A stretch of DNA of 64,000 nt, from NCBI GenBank assembly GCA_965219415.1, contig OZ244742.1, forward strand, positions 416,001 to 480,000, in the 5' to 3' direction. The notes under the pieces were generated by a model, which worked only from the letters and a program-made list of their open reading frames with translations, searched no databases and was not told the DNA's origin. How positions within the stretch are numbered: position 1 is the stretch's first letter; every line of letters begins with the position of its first letter. This stretch comes from Candidatus Marinacidobacterales bacterium (lineage in GTDB: Bacteria > Acidobacteriota > Vicinamibacteria > Marinacidobacterales > DATDRI01). The position numbers and the translations under genes are program-made. Shown here piece by piece: positions 39,641 to 50,590 of this stretch.

Positions 39641-41284
39641 TTACAGGGCCCCGACTCCCTCCAATACGGTCAAACGAGATCGGCTCGCTGCAGCCCCAAG
39701 ATCCAGCACTTCCCCAGTAGGCCAACGAATTTGCACGTTCTCCGCGCCCGCCGCTTCACCGAGACCGAAGATCAGCTCCAAACCACCCTGGGAGAGGAAA
39801 CTTACTCCGGCCTTGACCTCCTTGATAAGCGTCCGACCGCCGGCCCGAACCGTCACCCGAGCGCCTACCGCCGATCGGTTCGATTCTCGGCCAACCAGTT
39901 GCAGAGCGAGCCACGCATTGCGGTTCCCGCCATCATTTCGGAGAAGTTGAGGCGCATCTCCGGAGACGTTGACCAAGATATCCTCGTCTCCGTCCTGGTC
40001 GTAGTCCGCGGCCGACGTCCCTCGCACCACATTCTCCACGGCGAGCGCCTCGCCCAACCGAAGACCGATTTCCTCGAAGACGCCGTCACCCTGGTTACGA
40101 AACATGAAGTTTCGCTCCCGGTAGGTGGAGACGCTATTGAAGAGGTGGATGTTATCGATGATGTGCCCGTTGCCCACGAAAAGATCAATGTAACCGTCGT
40201 TGTCGTAGTCGGTAAAAAAGGCGCCGAAGCCCACGAAATTGAGGGAGGGCTCGGCGACACCGCTGTTGTAGGACACGTCGGTGAAAACACCGTTGGGACC
40301 CCCTCGGTACAAAGCGTTGTACTCGAAGTCCAGGTGGACTGAGATCACATCTAGCCAACCATCACCATCGTAATCGGCGAAATCGGTGCCCATTCCCGCC
40401 TGCGTCTGCCCATCTTCGCTATATCCCACGCCCGCGAGAAGCGTCACGTCCTCGAAATTTCCCGTACCGTCGTTCTGAAAGAGAAAGTTTCGCATGGAGT
40501 CGTTGGCGACGTAGATATCCGCGTCCCCGTCGTTGTCATAATCACCCCAAACGACTCCCAGGCTCTTGCCGTCATCGTCCACGTAGACCCCCGCCTCCGT
40601 GGTGACGTCGGTGAAGGTTCCATCACCGTCGTTGCGAAACAGGATGCTGGGCTCCACGTTATAAACGTCCGGATGGCAATACGCCTTGAGATCCTTGGCT
40701 AGGTTGCCGCAGAACTTGTGGTTGTCCATTCGGAAATCCACGTATCGGCACAAGTAGAGGTCGACGAACCCATCCCCGTCCATGTCGCCGAAGGCCGCGC
40801 TGGTGCTCCAGCCTCCCGCCGCGACACCGACCTCGTCGGTGACGTCCGAGAAGGTGCCATCGCCGTTGTTACGGAAGAGGACGTTGCGACCGAAGTTGGT
40901 GACATAGAGGTCGACGTCACCATCGTTGTCGATGTCCGCGGCGGCCATCCCCATGCCCCAACCCACATGGTCGACCCCGGCGGCGGCGGAGACCTCGGTA
41001 AACTTCCCTTCTCCGTCGTTACGATAGAGAGCGTTCTTGGGGGGCTCGCTGGTCTCCGCCGAACCGGGCAACGGGGAACCATTGATCAGATAGATATCGA
41101 CGTCGCCGTCTCCGTCATAGTCCAAGAAACCGCCGCCCGAGCCGATGGACTCGACCATGTATTTTTCGTCGGTGGCCGCATTGTAGTGAACGAAGTCGAT
41201 CCCGCTCTGTTTAGCCACATCGACGAAGAAATCTCCATCGGCAGCAGCCCAGACCAGAAACCACAACCCTACCGCTAACCTCAT
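39641..41284 (-). CDS. CRTAC1 family protein (FG-GAP repeats + ASPIC/UnbV)
   Basis: Repeated D(Y/I)D.DG..D motifs; SNRSAVGARV; FGLG..IRWP.G. Confidence 0.92.
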   Translation of the reverse strand: MRLAVGLWFLVWAAADGDFFVDVAKQSGIDFVHYNAATDEKYMVESIGSGGGFLDYDGDGDVDIYLINGSPLPGSAETSEPPKNALYRNDGEGKFTEVSAAAGVDHVGWGMGMAAADIDNDGDVDLYVTNFGRNVLFRNNGDGTFSDVTDEVGVAAGGWSTSAAFGDMDGDGFVDLYLCRYVDFRMDNHKFCGNLAKDLKAYCHPDVYNVEPSILFRNDGDGTFTDVTTEAGVYVDDDGKSLGVVWGDYDNDGDADIYVANDSMRNFLFQNDGTGNFEDVTLLAGVGYSEDGQTQAGMGTDFADYDGDGWLDVISVHLDFEYNALYRGGPNGVFTDVSYNSGVAEPSLNFVGFGAFFTDYDNDGYIDLFVGNGHIIDNIHLFNSVSTYRERNFMFRNQGDGVFEEIGLRLGEALAVENVVRGTSAADYDQDGDEDILVNVSGDAPQLLRNDGGNRNAWLALQLVGRESNRSAVGARVTVRAGGRTLIKEVKAGVSFLSQGGLELIFGLGEAAGAENVQIRWPTGEVLDLGAAASRSRLTVLEGVGAL

Positions 41285-42712
41285 GGGTTCGCGTCACCAG
41301 CCTTGCTGAACTCTCGATAGCGCGCCATCGCCCGTTCTTCCTCCGCCAGTTTACCAAGAGCATGATATGCAGAAGCTAGGTTGAGTTGAATAGTCGGATT
41401 CGATGGCTCGAAAGCCGCTGCCCTCAAGTAGCAATCGACCGCCTCCGACGGACGGCCCGAGTCTGCGAGTATTGAGCCCAAAAGGATCCATCCGTCCGGA
41501 AACCCCGGCATCAATTCCACGGCGCGGCGCGTGGCAAGTTCCGCGGCAGCGAGACTACCCGACCGCGTTTCGACGAGGCCCAACAAGTAGTGGAACTCGC
41601 CTACCGAGTCGTCGTACTGAAGCGCCTCCCCGATCCATCGCTTGGCCTCCGGTAGCCGACCCTTCGAAAACGCGATCTTCGCGAGCACCGAGTGCGTGTT
41701 CGCGTCTTGAGGATCCAACTCGAGGACCGCCTTAAATGCGGCCTCGGCCTCATTCATCTGGCCCTGCTCCAGCAGCTCGCGCCCCCTCTTGTAGGTGACC
41801 TTGATCTGGGCGTCGCGATGATCCCGCTGCTCCGTCTCCTCGTTCAGCCTCTGAAACTGCCGCCCCGCCTCCGCGGCCTCATCTTCTCTGCCTAGTTGTT
41901 GGTACAAAGTTGCCAAGAGATAGAAGAGGTTGGCGGAGTCGGGGTGATCTTTCGCGGCACGGGTTAGAAGCCCCAACGCTTCTTCTGTCTTTCCTTGCCG
42001 GGTCAACATTCTCCCGAGCAATACTTGGGTCTCGAGGTGTTGGGGGATCGACCTCTAGAGCTCGGCGCAGATAGGCTTCCGCTTCGGCGTAGTTGTCCCG
42101 CTCTCGGCTCAAGTCTTTACCGATCCGATAGAGAAGCTGCGGTGAGGGCTCTATCTCTAGTCCGTCCTTCCAGACCTCGAGCGCCTCGGTGTGGCGGCCG
42201 GCGCCGGCGAGATGGTCTCCAAGCAGGACTCGTGTCTTTACGTCGTCGGGACGGTGCTCGAGATAGCGCGCGAGCGTCACCAGCGCGGCTTCCGGCTTTT
42301 GCTCGGCTTCGTAGACGGCGGCCAATACGAGCAGCGCCTCTGGAATCGGCTCGGGTGGAGCCGCCGCCAACTCCAGGGCCCGGGCCGCCTCCGCCTTTTG
42401 TCCCGCGCGATAGAGGCTTTCGCCCAGTGTGAATTGCAGGGGCCGTTCCTCGGGGGCAAGCTCCACCGCACGTCGATAGGAGACGATGGCCTCGGAAAGG
42501 AGCCCGCTGCTCTGGAGCAAGCGGCCAATGTTGTAATGCACGTAGGGATTATTGGGGGAAACCACTGCTGCGGCACGAAACGTCTCGAGTACCTCGATCT
42601 CTTTCCCTTGGTCGGAAAGCCCTTCCGCCCTGCGGAAAAGCTCCTCGAACTCCTCCTGCCCGATGGCAGGGGTGCGGACCGCGAGTAGGAGCAGAAGGAA
42701 GGCCGTCCTCAT
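41281..42712 (-). CDS. Secreted TPR protein, frameshifted near 42045
   Basis: Two overlapping TPR ORFs (41879-42724 and 41281-42021) join at a G5 run; signal peptide. Confidence 0.8.
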
Positions 42713-42752
42713 CGTCGCGTGCATTCTACGGTGCGGGAGTCGAAAGAAAAAA

Positions 42753-44139
42753 GGGTTTACGCGGATTCGTGTGGGTAAGTTCTGACGGAAAAACAGTGTA
42801 ACTCATTGTGTGGAAAAGGTATCGAGTACTTCATCAGGTGCTGAAAAGTGGTCCATTTTTAGGATAGGCTAACCGAGTGAAAAATTCCCAGTCGATCCGC
42901 TCGCTGTTTGCGCTGCCAGGTTTCGTGGTTGGTGCCGGGTTGAAGGGTCTATTCGGTGACCGATACGCCCGCGTCATCCAGCTCAAGAGGCGAAAAAAAC
43001 AGCTGTGTGCTCTTACTGTGGGCAACGGTGCCGGGGGCGCTATGACAAGCAAGTGTGCCGGGTCCGCGACCTGTCGTTGGCAGGCTGGCGGATCTATCTG
43101 GAATACGAGCGTTGGCGCGTCAACTGTTCTGGGTGCGGCGGTGTGCATGTAGAACACCTAGACTGGCTGGCGAACAACTCGCGCTACACCCAGCGTTTTG
43201 CGACGCATGTGGGCAAGCTGTGCCGGGATATGCCGAACAAGGCGGTGGCCGAGATGGAACGTCTGCACCACGGTACGGTGAAGGCTCTGGATACACGCTC
43301 TACATGCAAGAGCAGGTCGACCGGGCGGGGCTACCGGCGCCTCGGGCCATCGGTGTCGATGAGATCTCCATCCGCAAGGGACATAACTATCGCGTCATTG
43401 TCAGCGACCTGGAGCGGGCGCGTCCCATCTGGGTGGGCGGTGAGGGTCGCAAAGAAACCGACATCGATTTGTTCTTCAAGGCGCTGGGCGGAAAGAAAAG
43501 CGCCCGTATCAAGCTGGCCGCCATGGATATGTGGAAGCCCTTCCGGAACTCGGTGATTCACAACGCGCCTAATGCGCGGATCATCTCCGACAAGTTTCAT
43601 ATCATGCGTCATCTGTCAAAGGCCCTCGATGAGGTCCGGCGCGGTGAGTACAAACGCCTCAGCGGCAAGGACCGGTCGTACATCAAGGGGCAGCGTTACA
43701 CTTTGCTTTCCCGGCGGGAGAACCTGAGCCTAGACGGTCGCCGCGCACTCAAAAAGTTGCTCCAGGCCAACCGGCGCCTGAACACCGCCTATATTTTGAA
43801 GGAGGCCTTCGGGCAACTCTGGGGTTACCGCACCGAACGCGGCGCTCGCGCCTTTTTCACTCGTTGGAAAGACAGCCTCAAATGGCAACGCCTGCATCCG
43901 TACCAGAAGTTCGCCGGTATGATTGAGTCCCATTGGGATGGTATCGCCTCCTACTGTCATCCGGAGAACAAAGTCAGTCTCGGCCTAGTTGAAGGGGTCA
44001 ACAACAAAATCCGTGTTCTGCAACGACGCGCCCTACGGCTATCGCGACGAGGAATATCTCAAGCTGAAGATCGTGGCGACTTTCCTTTCGCCATTACCCA
44101 GAAATGCAGTTTTCAACCCACACGAATCCGCGTAGACCC
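42753..44139 (+). mobile_element. ISL3 family insertion sequence (1387 bp)
   Basis: 24-bp terminal inverted repeats gggt(t/c)tacgcggattcgtgtgggt; 8-bp target duplication AGAAAAAA at 42745-42752 and 44140-44147. Confidence 0.95.
42877..44135 (+). CDS. ISL3 transposase, split across frames
   Basis: CxxC..CxxC zinc finger, IGVDE, MDMW, DKFH, EGVNNKI; frame changes at the A8 run (~42993), ~43292 and ~44031. Confidence 0.9.
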
Positions 44140-44176
44140 AGAAAAAAGGCCAGCCTCCCGTGAGGGAGGCTGGCCT
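44140..44176 (-). terminator. Intrinsic terminator of the TBDR gene
   Basis: Perfect 13-bp stem aggccagcctccc/gggaggctggcct followed by TTTTTTCT on the minus strand. Confidence 0.8.
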
Positions 44177-44202
44177 AACGAACGACGTGCTAGAGGCTCG
44201 CG

Positions 44203-46778
44203 CTAGAAGCGATAACGAACACCGAACTGCGCCTGTCGCGCGGTTCCGATGAGATCGGGAAGACCGAAGTTCTGGAGAGGAAGCTCCTGGAGGTCCTCGG
44301 AGATGCTCCGGTTTGACGCTATTGAACAGGTTGAAGACCTCCAAGATCAGGTCCATCTGACCGGGCCCGAGCTGCGGCGACCATTGCAAGCGCCAATCGA
44401 AGTTATAGAAGCTCGGCTGTCGGCCGGCACCGTGGAGCTGCAGCCCGTCGGGCAGTTGATCCTGACCGATGGCGTCCACTCTGGCCCGGTTGGACGCATC
44501 CACGATTCCGCGGGCGGCATCGTCTTCTCCGTCGTTGTCTCTGTTGATGTGTGGAGTGCGCGTAAACACCATCCACTTCCCACCGCGAAGTCTTCGCCCA
44601 TCTGGTGCTCGATTCCCAAGTTGAACCGTTGATTCCGAGGGTTCACGTAATCCGGATTCGCGAAGAAAACCTCCGACGGAATATTCGTCCGGGGATCGTC
44701 AGGCGGAATCCCGGCCTCGGGTAGGACTTCTGGAAACGTGATGAAGGTCGGCCGGAAGAAGAAATACAATCCTTGCCGGAAACCATTCAACGTCTGAATG
44801 TTCGCCCACAAGAGCAACGGAGTACGGGAGTTGAAGATTCCGGCCCCGCCGCGGATGACCGTCTGCCCGTCGTTACTCGGGTCATAGGCGAACCCGAAAC
44901 GAGGCTGCCACTGGCTGTAGTCGTCGGGGACGATGGGCTGATCGAGACCGAAGACCGCGCCTGGATCGTTCGGATTTCGGGCCGGCCTGCCAAACGCCTC
45001 TTCGGGTGCATCCGGGTTTTGCAAGCCTTCCCAGCGTAGACCCAGCGTTAGCGTCAGGCCCGGTGACGGCCTCCAGGTATCGTTGACATAAAGGGCAAAT
45101 TCCTTTTGGCTGAAGGCGATGGTCCCAGACTCCACGGTGGTGAAACCGTTCAGTCCCGCCCGCTGGAACAAGGAGCGTGGTGAATTGGCGAGATAGTCTT
45201 CGAGGTTCGAGAACCGCCACTCACCCGCCGAGAAGCCGAAGAACTGCTGTGAGGTCTCGGTGTAGTTGAAGTCGAAACCCATCTTCATGTCGTGGTCACC
45301 GAAAAGATACGTGAAGTTATCGGTGAGCTGCCACCGAGTGTGATCGGACAAGATGGGTAAGAATCCAAGGCGACCGTAGCGGCAGCAACCGTCAATGCGC
45401 ACGTCGGGACCCAAGTCGTTGTTGCTTGCCCGGGGACGATCCTCGTAGGCGTACTGGAACTTGAACTCGTTGAATTTTTGGTGCCGATGACCGTGGCATT
45501 GCTCACCACCAGCGAGTGAGCTGTGTCCGAGGTAGTCTCGGTGTTTCCTTGCGAAGAGCTCTGGACGTTGCCCTCCACGCCGCCGGCACTGGCACCGAAA
45601 TTGTCGCCGGTAAACTTGCTGAAGTTGTAGCGCACCGACAAAGTGTTGTTCGAAGTGAGCTGGATATCCGTCTTGACCAGGAAAGCGGTGAGTTTGATGT
45701 CCCGCCGAAAATCACCCTGCAGGGAGTTAATGTCGTCCACACCCGCGACAGGCCCTCCAAAAAGGTCCGTGTTGCTAGGAATGTTGGATACGTCCCGGTT
45801 GAAACGCACGAGAAATGGGGACGTGAAATCGGATCGGCTAACCGAAGCGAAGAAGTGGGCCTTGTCTCTCGCGATGGGTCCTCCGATGGTTGCGCCGAAC
45901 TGGTGCTGCGAGAAGTCGGTCTTGGGAACGTTGGTGAAGCCGGTAGGGCTCTGCGGATCGTTGACGGCTAGCGTGGCCAGCAATGCCTCGTTGCGGCCGA
46001 AATAGTGGCCGCTCCCTTCGAAATCGTTGGTGCCCGATTTGGTCACCACGTTGAGTACGCCACCCGCGGACCGGCCGAACTCTGCCGAGAAGCCGTTGGC
46101 CATCACCTGGAACTCCTGGATCGCTTCTTGGGGGATCACGAACTGGATCACCTCCGGCTGACCGTGGGCGGAGCCGAAGAACGTATTCGTGAAATCCTGC
46201 CCATCCACCATGACGCCGGTGTCGATCCCCTTGGCGCCGGCCATCGAGATCGTGTCGCGGTCCGCCTCCCTAATAACGGTGGGGGTCAGGGTGGCGAAGT
46301 CCTGGAAGTCGCGAGAGTTCGCCGGAAGATTGTCGATGGCATCGGTTCGGATGGTGGACGCGAGGACCGCCCGAGAAGTCTCGATGATCGGGGACTCTGT
46401 CGTGACGGTTACCGTTTCTTCTACGGTGGCCACTTCCAATACTAGGTTGCCTAGCGTCACCGTCCCACCGACCGTGAGAATGAGCCCCTCACGCACCATC
46501 GTCTTGAATCCCGATAATTCAAGGGTCAAAACGTATTCGCCCACCGGCAGCAGCGGCGCGCGAAAGTTTCCGGACGCGTTGGTGACCGAGGCACGCCTGA
46601 ATCCCGTTTCTATTTGCCTGATGTCCACCGAAACGCCGGGCAGCACTCCGCCCGTTGCGTCCTTGACCGTGCCTTCGATCGTCCCCAGTGATACCGAGGA
46701 CTGCGAAAACGCCGGGACACTAACTACGACTAGCAACGCCAGGATAAGCGTCGCTTCGAAACAACGTCTCACCGACAT
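44203..46778 (-). pseudogene. Oar-like TonB-dependent receptor with carboxypeptidase-regulatory N-domain; multiple frameshifts and probable deletions
   Basis: Signal peptide, GTVKDATGGVLPG, FSAEFGRSAGGVLNVVTKSGTN, QPRFGFAYD, EVFNLFN; C-terminal RQAQFGVRYRF* found by manual translation. Confidence 0.85.
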
Positions 46779-46982
46779 AGGACCCCCTTAAGCAAGGTCG
46801 CTCGCATGAAAACAGACCACAACTTCAATCTGAAACGAAAGAGTAGCGCCCAGGTTCGTCCACGGTTGGAAGTAATCGAAATGTACTGGGGCTAGATACA
46901 ATGACTTTCCTTGAATGGGAGTAAGCTACATTACGTTCGAGAAAGGTGTCAAGATCATTCGTGTTCACATGTTGCAAAAAGT

Positions 46983-47141
46983 GGGTCTACGCGGATTCGT
47001 GTGGGTTGAAAACTGCATTTCTGGGTAATGGCGGAAGGAAAGCCGCCACGATCTTCAGCTTGAGATATTCCTCGTCGCGATAGCCGTAGGCGCGTCGTTG
47101 CAGAACACGGATTTTGTTGTTGACCCCTTCAACTAGGCCGA
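46983..47141 (-). mobile_element. ISL3 right-end remnant (inverted)
   Basis: Near-identical reverse complement of 43980-44139 including the right inverted repeat; ends abruptly at ~47141. Confidence 0.92.
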
Positions 47142-47178
47142 TATTGCATTCCGCAGATTAGAGAATAGAACGAGGAGT

Positions 47179-47207
47179 TTGACACTTCTGCGGACCAGTC
47201 ATACACT
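47179..47207 (+). promoter_or_regulatory. sigma70 promoter for the GWxTD-rpiB-CRTAC1-deoC run
   Basis: TTGACA-17 nt-TACACT, 10 nt before the ATG at 47218. Confidence 0.6.
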
Positions 47208-47217
47208 CCATTCCTCC

Positions 47218-48176
47218 ATGAGATTTGTCATTGTATTCCTCCTGCTCGCGTCCTTCTCGATGCCGCTCGGCGCGCAGGAATCCCAAAAGATCGCGGGCAA
47301 GGATATTTCCGAGCTTCTAAAACGATGGCCCCGAGAGTACGTGCGCTGGATCATCTCCAAGGCCGAACGTGAACGGTACGAAGCACTCGCCAAGGAGGAG
47401 GAACGCCTAGCCTTCATCGAGAATTTCTGGAAAAGACGAGACCCGTTCCCCGAGGCACCAGGGAACGAGTACCGGGCAGACTACTTCGAGCGCTACGCGT
47501 ACGTGGCGAACCGCTTCAGTGCCGGCAAGCCGGGGTGGGCTACCGACCGCGGCCGGATGTATTTGATATTGGGTCCACCCCACCAGGTTTCACAAAACCC
47601 CATCGGCCGAGCGGACTACCAGTTGGGCCTCGAAGAGTCTCTCGAAGCGCCGCCCGGGAGTTATACGCTCCAGGCCATTTTGCGCGACAGCGAACGCGAT
47701 CGCGTCGGCTCGGCTGAACAACCGCTCGAGATACGGGCCATCGATCCGGAAACGCTATCCCTGAGCTCGCTATTCCTCGCCGGGGGGCTGGTCGAGTCCG
47801 CCATGGACACGTCACGACCGTTTCGTTTCAGTTCGGCAGCGTAAGAGTGATTCCGAGTACTGACGGGAGCTTCGATTCGACGGACGACCTTGGGCTCTAT
47901 CTTCAGGCCTACGGTGCTCAAAGCGAGCCCGACGGAAAGAAGCGAATCAAAGTGGAGCTCTTCGTCATGCGAGACGGACGCCTGTTCATGGGCGTGCCCA
48001 CCAACCATCTCTTCCCCACCTCCGACCCGGTAGGGATCACCGCCACCATCCCGCTCCGTAAGTGCACCCCCGGCGACTATGCGATTCGCGTTCGCGTGAC
48101 CGACGAGGTCGCCGAAACGACCGCCGAAACCGAGAGTCCTTTCACGATACGGGACGGCTCCGTCGCATCGCGCTGA
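47218..48176 (+). pseudogene. GWxTD domain protein, frameshifted and probably internally deleted
   Basis: FIENFWKRRDP, PGWATDRGRMY..GPP; cgttt duplication at ~47820 breaks the frame; abrupt junction near 47607. Confidence 0.8.
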
Positions 48177-48209
48177 AATGGGCCCCCCGTCCTTGTAGCC
48201 ATCGCAGCG

Positions 48210-48833
48210 ATGAGTCGCCGTTTCATCACCGGCCAAGACGTCCAGTCACTCCCCGAGGGAGCCATCCTCGATGTGCCCAAAGGCACTATCGTCACTGACA
48301 TCGCCCGGGAGTGGATTCAAAAGAAGCGCATCCGCGTGGTTTCGGAGAAACCCACTGGCCCACTCGCGCCGGAGAAGGCCCGTGTCGCGATCGGCTCCGA
48401 TCACGCCGGATTCGATATGAAGGAAGACGTCAAGCGCCTTCTCTCCGAGCAAGGCATCAGCTTCATGGATTTCGGAACCGACTCGACGGAGTCGGTCGAC
48501 TATCCGGACTTCGCGCACGCCGTGGCCCTAGCCGTCGCGGTGGGTCGCGCCGAGATCGGCATCGTGGTCGACGGCGCGGGAATAGGATCTGCCATCACCG
48601 CCAACAAAGTTCCGGGGGTCCGTGCCGCTCCATGTCATGACGAAGCCACGGCGCGAAATAGCCGAGAGCACAACGATGCTAATGTGATGACGCTCGGCTC
48701 GCGCATGATCTCCAACGAAACCATGGCCAAGGTCGTTCGCACTTTTCTTGCTTCCGAGATCAGCGAGGCCCGCCACCAAAATCGGGTGCGCAAGGTTGTT
48801 CGGATCGAACGAAAATACAGTCGGCCGGTGTGA
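48210..48833 (+). CDS. rpiB: RpiB/LacAB family sugar-phosphate isomerase with N-terminal extension
   Basis: IGSDHAG, VDYPD, ANKVPGVRAA, REHNDAN, RH..RV; DGAGIG replaces CGTGIG. Confidence 0.9.
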   Translation: MSRRFITGQDVQSLPEGAILDVPKGTIVTDIAREWIQKKRIRVVSEKPTGPLAPEKARVAIGSDHAGFDMKEDVKRLLSEQGISFMDFGTDSTESVDYPDFAHAVALAVAVGRAEIGIVVDGAGIGSAITANKVPGVRAAPCHDEATARNSREHNDANVMTLGSRMISNETMAKVVRTFLASEISEARHQNRVRKVVRIERKYSRPV

Positions 48834-48846
48834 ACCTGTCCTGTCG

Positions 48847-50560
48847 GTGCCATCCTCAACCGTCCACTCCCATATACTCCTACTAATCCTATTCGCTTCG
48901 GCAGGCGTGACGTTCGCCTCGTCCCCGTCGCAGGGGAAACTGCGCTTCACCGAAATGGTTGACGCCTCGGGGGTCACCTACCGAAACGTAAGCGGCGACG
49001 CTGAAAAACGTTTCATTCTCGGCTCCCTCGGGAGCGGGGCCGGGTTGATCGACTATGACCAGGATGGAGATCTCGATGTTTATCTCGTTAATGGCGCAGG
49101 AGTCGACGATACCCGTATCGTCGAGGCGGGCCCCAACCGGCTCTATCGCAATGAGGGAAATTGGTTATTCCGCGACGTGACCGAACAAACGGGCGTTGGG
49201 GACACCGGCTGGGGTGTCGGTTGCACAGTGGGAGACTACGACAACGACGGCCTCAGTGATCTTTACGTAACCAATATCGGACCCAACGTGCTCTTCAGGA
49301 ACCAGGGAGATGGCACCTTCAGCGACGCGACCCGCGAGACCGGCGTCGGCCATGCAGGATGGGGTACAGGTAGCGCGTTCTTCGACGCCGAGGGCAACGG
49401 AGATCTCGACCTCTATCTAGTCAACTATGTCGATCCGGACGTGACGAAGCTCCCCTTACCTGGAAGCGGCCCCACTTGTCGATGGTTTCAGCTCGACGTC
49501 TTCTGCGGTCCTAAGGGATTGACGGGTGCGGCCGACGTGTTTTATCGGAACCGCGGAGATGGCTCCTTCGCCGACGGCACCCGTGAAGCCGGGCTCTCCG
49601 ACTCGAAGAGCGCGTACGGACTCGGAGTGGTCACTTTGGACTATGACGGAGACGGGGATACCGACCTCTATATCGCCAACGATTCGGTGCCCAACTTCGT
49701 GCTCCGAAACGAGGGCAACGGCCGCTTTCAAGAAGTGGGTCTACTCTCCGGCGCCGCCTACAATGCCTACGGTTCGCCGGAAGCGGGAATGGGAGTCGAC
49801 GTGGCGGACCTCGGCGCCAACGGGCTCCCCGACATTTTCGTTACCAACTTCGCCAATGAGACCAATACGCTCTATTCAAACGAAGGGAGTGGGAACTTCG
49901 TCGACCTCACCAACGAGACTAGCCTGGAAATGGCAAGCCTCCCGTTGCTCGGCCGGGCCACCCGGTTCGTAGACTTCGACAACGACGGGGATCAAGACCT
50001 CTTCGTCGCCAACGGCCACGTATACCCTCAGATTCATGAAACCAGCGGGGGGAGCCCGTATCGACAGCGAAACCAAGTCTTCGTGAACCAGGGAGGGAAA
50101 GAGTTCGCCGAAAATGTCTTCGCGACGGGAGATGCCATGGAGCAAGAAGCCTCCAGCCGAGGAGGAGCCTTCGGCGACATGGACGATGACGGGGACGTCG
50201 ATGCCATCATCATTAATATCGACGATGTTCCCGTCGCTTCTACAAAACCAGACGCGCGATCAGGGACAGTGGATTGCCCTCCACCTGGTGGGCACGACCA
50301 GTAATCGCGATGCAATCGGCGCGCGGGTCGTACTGACCACCGGCAACCGACGACAAGTCAAGGAAATGCATCCCTCGGGAAGCTTCTTGTCCTCGAACGA
50401 CCCCCGCCTGTATTTCGGCATGGGCGAGCTCGACGAAGCGGACGAGATCCACATCATCTGGCCCGGCGGCCTCGAGCAACGAAACCACGGTGCCGATGCC
50501 GGGCAGTTGCTCTTGGTTGTCGAGGGTCGGGGGGATGCGGTACGCGCGGTAAAACCGTAG
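48847..50560 (+). CDS. CRTAC1 family protein (FG-GAP + ASPIC/UnbV), frameshift near 50230
   Basis: FG-GAP repeats in ORF 48748-50304; UnbV part (SNRDAIGARV, FGMG, WPGG) in ORF 50114-50560; start approximate. Confidence 0.88.
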
Positions 50561-50590
50561 AATAACCAAAGCCAACGGCTTGGAGATCTG

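Noticed and set aside
39629-40342. Long antisense/alternate-frame ORFs (also 8812-9534, 17945-18721, 21082-21852, 50671-51501)
   Set aside because: Shadow ORFs of well-supported genes in GC-rich DNA, with no recognisable motifs
44347-45287. Selenocysteine UGA read-through as the explanation for broken ORFs
   Set aside because: Breaks here and elsewhere are frame changes or deletions, not in-frame UGA with continued homology
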